Source of the DNA: an uncultured Erysipelotrichaceae bacterium
GTDB taxonomy: Bacteria > Bacillota_I > Bacilli_A > RF39 > UBA660
Length of the DNA: 64,000 bases
Assembly (NCBI GenBank): GCA_902785135.1
Contig: CACZXL010000007.1
Location: 6,016 to 70,015, forward strand
Direction of reading: 5' to 3'
Numbering within the stretch: position 1 is the stretch's first letter; each line of letters opens with the position of its first letter. A model generated the notes under the pieces. The model was not told the origin of the DNA, ran no database searches, and saw only the letters and a program-made list of their open reading frames with translations. Below are positions 48,837 to 63,800 of this stretch, in pieces. The position numbers were made by a program, and so were the translations under genes.

Positions 48837-51800
48837 ATGAAAAAATCTAGTAGGGTTAGATTATTACTTTTTGCATTAGTAGTATTTGTAATGCAATTAT
48901 TTGCTTTTAACGGAAAGGTAAAAGCAGAGTATGTTTCTTATGGTAAAACATACAATGAAGTATTTTACGTTGTTAATGGCGAACATTATAGGATGAAATT
49001 GTTTAAGAGCGATTTTGATCAATGTGGTAGCGCGGATCCAGATTATAAGAATTGGAAAAGCGTTTATATTTTTCCGTCACAACATACTTATGTCCATGGC
49101 TTAATGAATTGTATAAGAGATGTTGATGGTAACAGAGAAATACAGAAAGAAGCATTTATAGATGATCATACTGCTGTTGTTGGATGGTATAGTAACCCTG
49201 AATTAACTGGTAGTCCTATTAAATCGGCACCTTACGGACAAGATACTACTGTTTATGGTAAAACAGCACCAGCTATAACTATTTGGGTTGATGGTAAAAA
49301 AGTTAGTATGGTTAAAAATAAAACATATGACTTTGAATACATTAATTCATATAATAGATATGATAATGAAATTACATCTGAAAATAGTAAAATGACTATA
49401 GATGGTAAATATATTACTGCTATGGCTTATTGGACAAAAACAAAAGCACATGTAGATGCAAATGATAGAATTGATTTATATAGAAACGTGCATTTTTATA
49501 ATTCTCAATACTTTCCAGCTATTCATGAAATATTTAATATAAGAGGGCAAAATCCACAACTTTATAAGAGCCAAAATTCTGATAGAATCGATTATTATCA
49601 AGTACTACCAACATATTATGAAGTACTTGATTTGATAGATGAAGAAGGTAATTCATATAATTTTAAAAAAATTACTGCAACAGAAGATGTTGATGGTAAA
49701 CATTTTACAGTAATAACAAGTGATGAAATATGTGTTAAACATGGTTTATCAGGTCCTTTGAATGAACACGAAAAAGACCATCGTTTCCTTGGATATACTT
49801 TATTAGATACAGACTTAGAAGATTATGTTTATTATTCTGATGGTTATGTAAGACAAATAAATTCTTGTAATACACATGATTTTAATTTAAAAGCTCATTT
49901 TGATGGAATTAATCCTGGAGAACAAGTTAATATCGTTGAACTAAAAGGATATGGAGGTACAAGGGAAAAAGTATTAAGAGGATCAAAATATACTATTCCA
50001 ACTCCTCAAGAAAAAGCTCCTACTACATTTACAGTTACATTTGATTATCAAGATGGAGTTACACCTTCTTTAATTAAAACAGGAAAAGTAACATATACAC
50101 CAGTTGGCTATTCGTTAGATGGCGTTGTATATCCTGCTGGAACTAAAATTACTGTTGTTAAAAATATAGTTTTAGAACCAGTTTATAAAGAAACAATAAG
50201 TGATGTAGATTTTCCAACAGATCCTTCAAGACAATACTATACTTTTAAAGGATGGTTTGATCAAGGTGTTGGTGGAAGAGCAGTATCAAAAATAGAAGCT
50301 GTATCACAAAAATTATATGCTCAATGGGTTGAAAAAGATAAAGTAACAGTAATAAGACCTGATGGCGTATCTATAAATTTACAAAAAGGTACTGAATATA
50401 CACTACCATTTATTCCAAAGAAAAAACCTGCTATTTTAGCAACAGTACTTGCATATCATAACAATGAAACAGATGATTATGATTTATATTATGTTAAAAC
50501 TAATTATATAATTGGTGGATACAACATTAATAACAAACATTATGATGTTGGTGATACTATAGTTGTTAATGAAAATATAGATTTAAGACAACATTTGATT
50601 TATAACGAAGAAAGAGAAAATCCTACTTTTAAAGAATTAACAAGAGATGATTATACATTCTTAGGATACTATGATTCAGTAACAGGTGGTACAAAGTATA
50701 CTGAATATACCGGAACTACAAACAAAATATTATATGCACATTGGTCAAATGATAATAACAATGTAAAAATAACATATCCTGATGGAACGTTTGATAAAGT
50801 TTTAAAAGGTTCAAATTATACACTTAGAGATGGAATAGCAAAATCAGATGAATCAAAGACAGTAACATTTAAATATCAAGATGATTCTACAGCAGATTAT
50901 ATAACTTCTGTTAATAAACAATTTACTTCAAATGGATGGTATATAGATGGAATTCATTATGATGAAGGTCAAACTATAACTGCAGATAAAGATATGACTG
51001 TTGAATCAGATTATATAGAAACAATAATACCTGCTACTTTCCCAAGTAATCCTGTAAGAGTTGGTTACAATTTTAAAGGTTGGTATAATCAAGCATCTGG
51101 TGGAACTAAATATACAAGTTACAGTATATTTGATGATATAACACTTTATGCACAATGGACAACTTTATCTTATCAAGAAATGACTGTTACAGTACTTCCT
51201 GCTGGAACAGTTACAAAAGTAAGAAAAGGTTATTCTTATACATTACCTACATTACCAAGTAAAGATGATGATGAGTTAGCCACAGTAACTTTAAAATATC
51301 AAGATGGTTCTACAAAAGATAAAATAAAAAAAGTAACTAAATCTTATACAGTAGATAAATGGGATATATCAGGAGATACATATACAACTACAACTGCTGG
51401 AACAAGCATTAGAGTAAATAATAATCTTGTAATTAGTCCTATATATAAAGAAACTATTAATCCAGTAACATTTAAAGATGCTGAAAGAGAAGGTTATTTA
51501 TTTAGAGGATGGTATGATATTGAAGGTAATAGATATACTTATTATGATGGTATTGATGATATAACTCTATACGCTCATTGGGAAGAAACTGAGTTCCCTA
51601 TTGGTGTAGAATTTGAATTACCAGAACTTGATACAATAGACGATGAAGTATTATCAACAGTAACATTTAAATATAAAAATGATCATAGAGATACTACAAG
51701 TAATGTTGTTAGACAATATATTAAAAATGGTTGGATAGTAGATGGAAAATTATATCAACCTGGGGACAAAGTAACTTTAAAATATGATTCTATTATCAAA

Positions 51801-54800
51801 GAAGACTATACAGAAACTATTGTACCTGCAGAATTCCCAGAGGATCCAATAAAAGAAGGCAGTACATTCAAAGGATGGTTTGATAAAGAAACAAATGGTG
51901 GTAATAAATATACTACTTATGATGGTGAAGAAGATATTACTTTATATGCTAGATGGAAAAGAAATGGTACAGCAGAACCATATACTTTAGGTATAAATAA
52001 TACTCCAAAAGAAAGTATAGTGATTTCAACAAAAACATTCGTTTTACATAATGGTGAGGAAGATATAACAGTTAATATAATGGAAGACTTTGTTCCAAAT
52101 GGATGGTTAGTAGATGGTGAACCATATCCTGATGGAGCAACTATTATGAAATATCCAGATACTGTTATAAGACCAAATTATACAATATTTGTTAGAAATG
52201 CTGATTTTCCAGCAGATCCAGTTAAACCAGGATATAAATTTATTGGATGGTTCACTTCTGAAACTGGTGGATATCAAGTAACAATTTTAAATACTTATGA
52301 TTCTAATACATTACATGCACAATATACAGATAGTTTTGCATACTTAATTGATGGACCTTCATTTAATTCAAAAATATATTCTAAATACGCTAATGATTAT
52401 TCTTCAAGTTATTCATTTAGAAGAGCTACTTCAGAAGAATTGCAAGAAGTTATTAATACATTAGATTCAAGCAATGTTATTTCTACTAATGATTCTCCAG
52501 TTCCAGTATATTTTTGGAGAACAGGATCAACAATTCTAGTAGGATCAACTGCAGATACAATATATTTTAATCCGGATTCTTCATTTATGTTCTCTACAAA
52601 AGAAAATGAAAGAAACACTTCTGCAGCAAGAGAATATTATTCATCGATTGATTTAAGCAAATTCAATAGTTCAATAGTTACAAATATGAAAGGTATGTTT
52701 GCATATCAAAATAATGCAACAACAATCAACTTAAGAAATTTTAATACAAGTAGAGTAACAGATATGTCTTGGTTATTTTATGCAACATCATCTTTAAGTA
52801 CAGTAGATGTAACTTCATTTGATACTCATAATGTTACAACAATGAAAAATATGTTTGGTGCTGGTAGATTTACAAGCTTAAATGTAACTAGATTTGATAC
52901 AAGTAATGTAACAGATATGTCATACATGTTTGAAAATAACTTGTTGACAGATCCATTAAATTTAAGCAGATTTGATACTAGTAAAGTTACTAATATGAGT
53001 TACATGCTTTCATCAATAGGATATGTTCCAAGTATAGATGTTTCAAGTTTTGATACAAGTAATGTAACAGACATGTCAAATATGTTCTCTAGTACACCTT
53101 GGGTTACAACTTTAAATTTAGGAAGCTTTGATACAAGTAGTGTAGAAAATGCAAATAATATGTTCTATAATACTGGTTCAAATAAATTAACAACAATTTA
53201 TGTTTCTGAAAAATGGAATTTAAGTGATCTTCCAAGTAATCAAAGAATATTCTTTAATAATAATCAACTAGTTGGACAAAAAGGAACAGTATATGATGGT
53301 CATGATTATAAGGATTATGCGATTATAGACGACGCTCCTAATAATCCGGGTTATTTAACACATGTTAAAAATATAAAACCAATACCAGAAGGTACTCATA
53401 CAGTTAGTCTTCCTGATTATACTGAAGAAGTAGATCATGGATCAACTTATGATATTCCAAATAATAGATATCCAAAAGAAAACGAGGATGTCGCTAAAGT
53501 AACATTTAAATATGGAAATGGTCATGAAGATACAACAAGTAAAGTTCAAAAACAATTTATAGGTAATGGATTTACAATTGATGGGGTTCATTATGATGAT
53601 GGTGGATCTATTGTTGTAGTAAAGGATATTGCTTTAATACCTGATTATACTGAAGTTAATTTAGGTGCAGAGTTCCCAGAAGATCCTTCAAATAATCAAT
53701 TTGAATTTATTGGATGGTTTGATCATGAATTTGGTGGTACTCAATATACAAATTATGCTGGTAATGAAGATATTACTTTATATGCTCAATGGAAAGTAAA
53801 TGTTGCTCCTATACCAGGACAAGATTATGTATTACCTACAAATAATTATCTTAAAGAAGATGAAATATTAGGAACAGTAACATTTAAATACCATAATGGC
53901 ACTGCTGATACAACAAGTACTGTTATTAAACAATATATTAATCATGGTTGGTTGGTAAATGGAGATTATTATAACGATGGTGATGTTATTAATGTTGTAG
54001 AAGGTGTTGATTATATAATTGAACCTAATTATATAGTTAAGACTATTCAAGCTGAATATCCAGAAAATCCTAGTAAAGATGGTTATGAATTTGCTGGATG
54101 GTATACTGAAGAAACTGGTGGTAAATTAGTATCTGCTTATAGTGGAGAAACAGATATAACATTACATGCTCAATATTCTGATGATTATGCATTATTAGAT
54201 TTAGGTGGTAATGTAAATACTAAGTTAAAGAGTTTATGTAATAGTTATACTGGATTAAATGATTTATCATTTAGAAAAGCAACTCAAGATGAATATAATC
54301 TAGTATCTAGTTCTTTAACTGATGATAATAAAATTTCTTCTAGTGATTCACCTAAAACAGTATATGCATGGTTAAGTGGAGATGAAGTAATATATTATTC
54401 TGATGCAGATATTATCTATGCAAAACCAAATTCTATCTGGATGTTTAAAGAGACAACTTTTAAAACAATAGATATATCTGGTATAAATACAACAAAGGTT
54501 ACTGATCTAGGTTATTTCTTCGAAGAATGTCATTCGTTAGAAGAGATAATTGGTTTAGATACTTTATATACTCATAATGTTAAAGGAATGGCATATATGT
54601 TCCATAACACTACTAGTTTAAAAACTGTAGATTTAAGTCATTTTGATACAAGTAAAGTTACAGGCTTTCATAGTATGTTCTCAGGTAGTGCTGTAACAAA
54701 ACTAGATTTAAGAAGTTTTGATATAAGTTCTGCTACTAGAATAGATAGAATGTTCCAATCAACTCGAAGTCTTAAAGAACTTGATATAACTAGTTTTGAT

Positions 54801-57800
54801 ACAAGTAATATAACTAATATGGAAGGCACGTTTGCATATACTGCTTTAGATGAAATTGATTTAAGTCATTTTGATACAAGTAAAGTAAATAATGTTAGAG
54901 CAATGTTTTCTAATGTTGAGGCTACAACTATTTATGTATCTGAAAAATGGGGTCTAAGTAATTCAATTGATGATTATAGATTATTCTGGAGAGCTTATAA
55001 CCTTGTTGGACAAAAAGGAACAGTATATGATGAAGGACAAATTGATAGAGCTTATGCAATTATAGACGATGCTCCAGAACATCCAGGATATTTAACTTAT
55101 AGAAAAGCACCAGGTTCACCTGATACATATTCTGTAGTTTATCCTGATGGAAGAGTATTTAATGTAGTAGCTGGTGGAACTCATACATTATTAGAAAATA
55201 ATTATCCTAAAGAAGATAGTAAGTTAGCAACAGTAACATTTAAATACTATAATGGTCACGAAGATACTCAAAGTTATGTAATGAGAAATTATACTCCTAA
55301 TGGTTGGTTAGTAGAAGGAACTCATTATGGTAATGGACAAAATATAACTGTTAATAGTGATATATTATTGGAACCAGATTATACTAATGCAACTATTAAA
55401 GCAGAATTCCCAGAAAATCCAACTGCTGAAAATTTAAAATTTAAAGGTTGGTATTCAGCAGCTTCTGGTGGTTCAAAATATTCATCATATTATAACCTTT
55501 ATGATATTACATTACATGCTCAATGGGATAGTACAACAAATCCAATGCCAGGTAGTCCTTATACATTGCCAACAAATAATACTACTAAGGCTAGTGAAAA
55601 TGTAGCTAGTGTATTATTTAAATATCAAAATGGTAAAGAAGATACAGTTAGTTATGTTAAAAAGAACTTTAAACCAAATGGATGGTTAGTAGATGGAGTT
55701 CATAAGAATACTGGTGAAATAATAAATGTTACTGAAGATACAGTTATTGAACCAGATTATACAATTACTTATTCATCTGCTTCATTCCCAGCAAATCCTA
55801 CAAGAACTGGATATACATTTATGGGATGGTTCGATGCAGAATTTGGTGGTAATATTTATAGTAGAACTACTGGATATAAAGAACCTAGAAATATTACTTT
55901 ATATGCTCATTGGAGTAAAACAGGTAATACTTATACTTTACCTTTGAATGAAGAAACAAAAGAAAGTGAAGTAGTATCTCTTGTAACGTTTAAATACCAT
56001 AATGGAGAAGCAGATACTTATGGACAAGTAATTAGAAAATATGTTCCAAATGGATGGCTTGTAAATGGTGTTCATAAAGAAACTGGAGAAAATATTACAA
56101 AGACTGACCAAACTATTATAGAACCAGACTTTAGAGAAGTTATTGTACCAGTAGAGTTACCTAAAAATCCTACTAAAACCGATTATTTGTTTGAAGGTTG
56201 GTATGATGCAGAAACTGGTGGAAATAAAATTGTAGTTTATAAAGGAACAGAAAATATTACATTGCATGCTCACTATACTAATAATTATGCAATTTTAACA
56301 ACTGGACCTTTATTCCATAATAAGGTGGTAGAATTAACATCATCATATACTTCTTCAGCACAATTTACATTTAGAAAAGCAACTGAATCAGAGTATAACG
56401 AAGTAGCTGAAACATTAACAAATGCTAATATTATTTCAGCTAGAACATCTCCAAATGTAGCTTATATGTGGACATCTGGAAACTTAATTCTATATTATTC
56501 ACCTGTAGATATAATATTTATGAATGAAGATAGTTCTTCAATGTTCTTTGTAGCTAATAGTAATACGCAATTTAATAAATTTTTATCTATAGATATGACT
56601 GGATTAAACTCAAGTAGAGTTAGAAGTATGCATGCTTTATTTAAGGCAGAATCCAATAGTGGTATAACTACATCTATTGATTTAACAAATTTTGATACTC
56701 ACAATGTTACTGATATGTATGGAATGTTTTCTGGTTTAAATAAGATTACATCAATAGATACAAGTTCATTTGATACAAGAAAAGTAAAAGATATGTCCGG
56801 AATGTTTGATAATTGTAGTAAGATTACATCATTAGATTTGAGTCATTTTGATACAAGTAATGTTACAAATATGACAAATATGTTCGGCTCATGTTATAGT
56901 TTAACATATTTGAATGTATCAAATTTTGACACAAGTAAAGTAAAAAAATTTGACTATATGTTTGCAGGTTGTAGAGCATTAACAGAAATAGATGTTAGAA
57001 GCTTTAATACTGAAGGGGTAACTAGTGAATATGAATCTGGTTATGCAAGTATGTTCGGAAATATGTCGTCTATAACTGAACTAGATTTAACATCATTCTC
57101 TGGTGGAGTAGGAAATATGGTTAGCATGTTTTCTGGTTGTAGTAATTTAGTAACAATATATGTTTCAGAAAAATGGGAAGAACCTAGAAGTGAATATTTT
57201 GAAGGAAGAACATTCGAGAGTGATACAAAACTAGTTGGACAAAAAGGAACAACATATGATGCAAATCACGTTGATTCAGAATATGCTAGAGTAGATGAAG
57301 GCCCATCTAGACCTGGATATTTAACATTTAAAGGATTGATAGGTACTCATAAAGTTACTCTTCCTAACAGAGTTGAGGAAGTTAAACATGGTGGAAGTTT
57401 CGTAATACCTAAAAATACAATTTCTAAAGCAAGTGAAGATTTAGCAACAGTAACATTTAAATATGGAAATGGACAAGATGATACAACTAGTAAAGTTCAA
57501 AAACAATATGTACCTAATGGTTGGTCTATTGAAGGATTGCCTTATTCAGATAATGAAGTGATAATAGTTTTAGAAGATATTACTATTGATGCTGAATATT
57601 CAGAAATACAAGTTGGAGCAACTTATCCATCAACTCCTTATAAAGAAGGATATGCATTTGTTGGATGGTATACAGAAGAAACTGGAGGAGAAAGAGTAGA
57701 TTCATATAATGAATTAAATGATATAACATTATATGCTCATTGGACTCTAGATCCGCCAGAACCAAATCAACCATATGTATTACCTTTAAATGATAATGCT

Positions 57801-60800
57801 AAAGCAAGTGAAGACTTAGCAGAAGTAACATTTAAATTTAATAATGGTGACGTAGATTATATTGGTTATGTTACAAAAGTATATACACCAAATGGATGGC
57901 TTGTTGATGGTACTCATTATAATTCAGGAGATACTATTAATATTGGAGATACTATTCCTGAAATAATACCTGATTATACTGAAGTGATAAAAGGTGTTAC
58001 ATTCCCAACTGATCCTAAGAGAGTAGGTTTATACTTTGATGGTTGGTATGATGCTAAAGTTGGAGGAACTAAATATACTTCATATGAAGAAACAAATGAT
58101 ATTACTTTATATGCTAGATATACTGATCAAGGTGATTATGGTAAATATAAATTACCAATTAATAATGAAACTAAACCTTCAAAAATTATTTCAACAGTAA
58201 CATTTAAATATCATAATGGACAAGAAGATACTACTGCTAATGTAGTAAGAAGATATGAACCAAACGGATGGTTAGTAGATGGTGTCTATCATGGTAATGG
58301 TGAATATATAAAGAAAAATGATAATACTGTAATAGTACCAAGTTTTGCAGAATTTATCGATCAAGTTATATTCCCAGCTACACCTACAAAGAATGGAAGT
58401 TCATTTGTAGGATGGTATACAGCAGAAACTGGTGGAGACCATGTTACAACTTATAAAGGTACAATTGATATTACATTACATGCACAATATACTGAAAGTT
58501 ATTCAATATTAGTACCAGGTACTACTTTCCGTAATATTGTAGCTAATAAAACATTAGGTCAATTTACTGAAGCAACTCGTAATAATAATATATATTTCAG
58601 AAAAGCAAACCAATCTGAATATAATGCAGTTTCAGCAAATCTAACATCAGATAATATTATATCTACTTCAGATTCACCATATGTTACTTATATTTGGTTT
58701 AATGAAAGTAATGATGAAGTATTATATTATTCTGAGGCAGATGTAATATATGCAAACCCTGATTCGTCATATATGTTCTCACCAATAAATAAATGGGACC
58801 ATAATAATTTCTCATATAATATAATAGATTTATCTGGAATAAACTTTAATAAGGCTACTACTTTCTATTATATGTTCTATACATATTATTCTAGAGATTA
58901 TTTAAAAGAAATAATTTTTGGTGACATAGATACAAGTAATGTAACAAATATGTCTGGTATGTTCTTACATAATACAGGAATAAGGAACTTAGATGTAAGT
59001 AAGTTTAATACAGGTAATGTAACGAATATGTCTACTATGTTTGGTTCTTTAACTTCAATTGAAGAATTAGACGTAAGTAATTTTGATACTCATAATGTTA
59101 TTAATATGAATGGTTTATTTTCCGTTATGGAAAAGTTATCAGAGTTAGATTTAAGTAATTTTGACACAAGAAAAGTAACAAATATGGGATCTATGTTTTC
59201 TCAGTGTAAATCTTTAGATTATTTAGATGTAAGCATGCTTAATACACATAATGTAACAGATATGTCTTATATGTTTAGTGGTATGCTTGCTCTTAGAAAA
59301 CTTGATTTAGGTTCATTCGATACATCTAATGTAACGACTATGTACTCCATGTTTCAAAGTGATATGGTATTACGATATGTAAATCTATCTTCATTTGATA
59401 CATCTAAAGTAACAAATATGCAGCAAATGTTTGATGGAACTGGTTTAATGGAAATAGATGTAACAAGTTTTAATACTAGTAATGTAACAAATATGCAACA
59501 TATGTTTAATAATAGTGATTTCCTTAAAAGAATTGTAGGATTATCTTCATTCGATACTAGTAACGTAACAAGTATGCAAGGAATGCTTGCTTGGAATTCT
59601 TCTCTTGAATATGTAGATATTTCTAATTTTACATTTGATAGTATATCTGGTAATGGTGTTTATGGTTTATTTGAACGCGATGAAAATCTTAAAGAAGTTG
59701 TTTTTGGTGATATAAAATTCAATAATCCTTCATCAATGGCATTTATGTTTGATGATGATAGATCATTAGTAAGAATATCATATAATTCTATTGATACAAG
59801 CAATGTTAATAATATGGAGTATTTATTTGCATATTGTGAATCGCTAAATGATTTCTCTATGGTTACTGAATTTGATACATCTAATGTAACAAGAATGAAT
59901 GATATGTTCCTTGGAGTTTCAGTAACAACATTAGATTTAAGTAATTTTGATACAAGAAATGTAACAAGTATGAATGGTATGTTTGCTGGTTCTTGGGCAA
60001 GTGCTCCTAATAGAAATCTAAGGACAATATATGTTTCTGATTTCTGGGATACAAGCAAAGTTACAAATGGATCATCTATGTTTCAATATTCATCTAGTCT
60101 TGTTGGAGAAAAAGGAACTACATTTGATTCAAATCACATAGATGTTGATTATGCACATGTAGATGGTGGTACTTCTAATCCAGGATACTTAACTTATAAG
60201 AAGTCAGGTTATAACGTTACACTTCCAGATAGAGTAGATCATGTTAAAGCTGGTGACGAATATACAATTCCTTTAAATGATTACTTTAAAGATGATGAAA
60301 CATTATCTACAGTAACATTTAAATATCAAAACGGACAAGATGATACAACAAGTAATGTAGTTAAAAAATATGTTCCAAAAGAATGGAAGATAGAAGACGA
60401 AGATTATGAAAATAGAGAAGTAATAAAAGTATATAAAGATATTGTTTTACTTCCACAATATGAAGAAGAATTATTTGAAGCTGAATTCCCAGCTGATCCA
60501 ACAAAAGATAATTATATATTTGATGGATGGCATACTTCTGCTACTGGTGGAACTAGATACTTCAATTATGCTGGGGATAGTAATTTAACTTTATATGCTC
60601 ACTGGGCTAAACCAGATGATAAATTCTTTGATTTAACTTATTGCGATTTAGATGGAGAATGCGAAACAACTAGAGTAACTAATGGTACTAAAGTTAAATT
60701 AGCTAAACAATCTGCTTCTAAGGAATTATTATTATATCTAGATTATCAAGATGAAAATCCTAGAAGACAATATAAAGCTACATATAAAAAGGAATCAAGT

Positions 60801-63800
60801 AGTTTCTTAGTAAATGATAAATCATATAATGTTGATGATGTAGTAACAATTACTGAAGATACTACAATAGTTCCAGAAGTTAAAATAATAGAATCTAAAT
60901 CTACAATTGCAGAACCTACTAAAGAAGGTCAAAAGTTTATAGGTTGGTATACTGATGCTTCTGCTGGAAGTCAAATAGATATTGACTCTATAACATATGA
61001 TCAATTTGATACTTATAATGGTAATACTTTATATGCTCATTATGTAGAAGTAGGAACAAATCAAGTAGTAGTAGATTTTGATGGTGATATAAGAGTAGTT
61101 AATAAGGGAACTACAGAAAATCTTCCATCTACTAAGAATAAAGATAGTGATTCATTTATAATTCATTGGATTGATAGTCATGGAAGTAACTATAATTCAA
61201 CTATTACAAATAGTTACTCATTAGATAAGTTCTTAGTAAATGGAGAAGAAAAAGAAAAAGGAGCGTCAGTAACTTATAATGAAGATACTGTAATTAGATC
61301 TCAATACACAACTACTAGAAGTTATGATTCTAATACTACAAGTACTTATAGTATTAGTTATCCAAATTTATTACCAAATAATAATGAAGACTTCTTAGGA
61401 TGGTTTGTATTAGATGATGAAATAGATGATGTTTCTGATATTAATACTGAAACTAATATCTACGCTCACTATGTTGAAAAGATTAATTTAGATGTAGATG
61501 GTAAAGTTTCTAAAGTAAATAAAGGAACAGTTTATACTGTACCAACAAGTACTGTTAATGAATCTATTACTATCACATTAGATCAAAATTATGTAGGAGC
61601 ACCATCTCCAGTAGATTATACAATTACTACTTCTAATGAATTAGAATATCAAACTATTAATGGAGTAGTATACTTCCCAGGAGATGAAATAACTCTTAAT
61701 GAAGATACAGTAGTTGTAAGTACTGCTTCAGAAGAAGAAACAACTATTGAACCAGCATATACTAAACCAGAAAGAACTGGATATATATTCAAAGGTTGGT
61801 TACATAATAATGAAGAAGTATTTATAGAAAATATTACTGGTAGAACTACTTCACTAGATAATGAAACATTAACTGGTGATTGGGAAGAATTTAATTCTGA
61901 AACTAACGCAATATTACATGTAACTGGTAAATTTACATATGATATTCAAGTTACTAAAGGATCAGAATTAGAAATTATAGATTTTGCTAAAGATACTAAT
62001 GCAAGTATTAAATTAGTAGATAACGATAATAACAAAGAATATAATGTTACTTTAACAACTAATTATATGCCAACATCAGGAACATTTAATGGTACTCCAG
62101 TAAGTTCTGATAGTTCTATAGTTGTTAATGAAGAATCAACATTAGAATTAGAATATTTAGATGTTAATACAAGAGTATATGATATAGAATATCCAGAGTA
62201 CTTAGAAGAAGAACCTCCAGTAGAAATAACTAATAATACATATGTAGGTATTTATGAAGAAGATTCTACTGATTCAAATAGAATAGATTACTTAAGTCTA
62301 AGCGCAGAAAGTGATATAGATGGAAATACATACTATATTAAATATCTAAATCCTGATCAAGGATATGTATTAGTAACATTAGATGGAAATGCTTATGTAG
62401 TGCCTAAAGGACCTGGTAAATTACCTGGACCTACTACTAAAACAAGTGATGAATATACAATAACATTTGATTATAATAGATCATCTGGTAGAAAAGAAGA
62501 AAGAAAGATTATAAAGAGTTATCAATATGATAAATTCTATGTAACAGTACCAGAAGAAAGTTCTAATACATCTGGAAATTACCAATCAGAAGCAAACTTT
62601 AACTATGATACAAATACAGTTATTGATAGTTTATTCACTTATACAATTACTTATCCAGAAATACCTGAAGTAAATTCAGAAAACTTCTTAGGATGGTATA
62701 CTAAACCAAACGGAGGAGAATTAGTTACTTCTCTAGAAGGTAAAGTAGAAGATTATACATTATATGCTAGATATGATAATCAAATAATGAATATAACATT
62801 AGATGAAACAGTTTATACAGTTCCATATGGTGATGAATTTGAATTCCCAGCTGGACCAAGTAAAACTAGTGAATCAATAACACTTCATCTACATGATAAT
62901 TATGGTGAAGATAATGTTAATGACTATGTTATAAGTAAAGATTATACATTTAAATCTTATATAATAGATGGAGTAGAATATAATGCTGGTGATAAATTAA
63001 TAATCACTGAAGATAAATTAGGTCATTCTACATATACTGAATCTAAATCTACAAATGATGAATCATTATTAAGACCAGAAAGAGATAATTACTTATTCGC
63101 TGGATGGGAAGATTCAGAACATAATAGAGTAAATGTTTCATCATTAACCGCTGATGATACAGAATATGATGAAAAAGATTTATATGCTAAATGGGAAGAA
63201 GATAATGGAGATAATATTACTATTGATTATGATGGAGAAATAATAGTTGTTCCAAGTGGAACATATACACCATCAAGATTAACTAGTGAATATGAAAGTC
63301 CGTTAAAACCAAAAGATGAAATAATGACTGTAACAGTTGATTGGAATGGCGCAGAAGGTCATGATTCACCAACTAAACAAGTTGTTATTAAGAAAAATTG
63401 GATTCTTTCTAAGTTAATAATTAATGAAGATGAACTAATTGATTATGATAATACAGAATATGTATTTAATTTTGATACTAAAGTTCAAGGAGTATTTGAT
63501 AAGACTTATGAAGGTGATATTACTACTGAAGGTGGAGATAACTCAGAAGGTATTTATACTGAACCAGTAGGAGGAACTAAAATTGAGTCTAATGATCAAG
63601 TAACTGATGGTGCATATTATTATGTTCATTATAGAAATAGTTATAGTATCTATATAAATAATGAATTCTATGAATCTGTTAATGCAGGAAGGTATACTTT
63701 ACCAGTTAATACAGTTCCTAAGAACATGGATAATATCGCAACTATTACATATGATTATCAAGATGGTAGAGATAATACATACGGTTATGTTAGAAGAAAA

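Noticed and set aside
52409-60058. Several short - strand and + strand track ORFs inside the giant gene (52409-52618, 53868-54050, 55726-55947, 57583-57774, 59660-60058, 60822-61004, 63661-63855)
   Set aside because: All lie within or antisense to the continuous 48837-64000 frame, whose translation shows recognisable repeat families. The short ORFs have no Shine-Dalgarno and junk-like composition.
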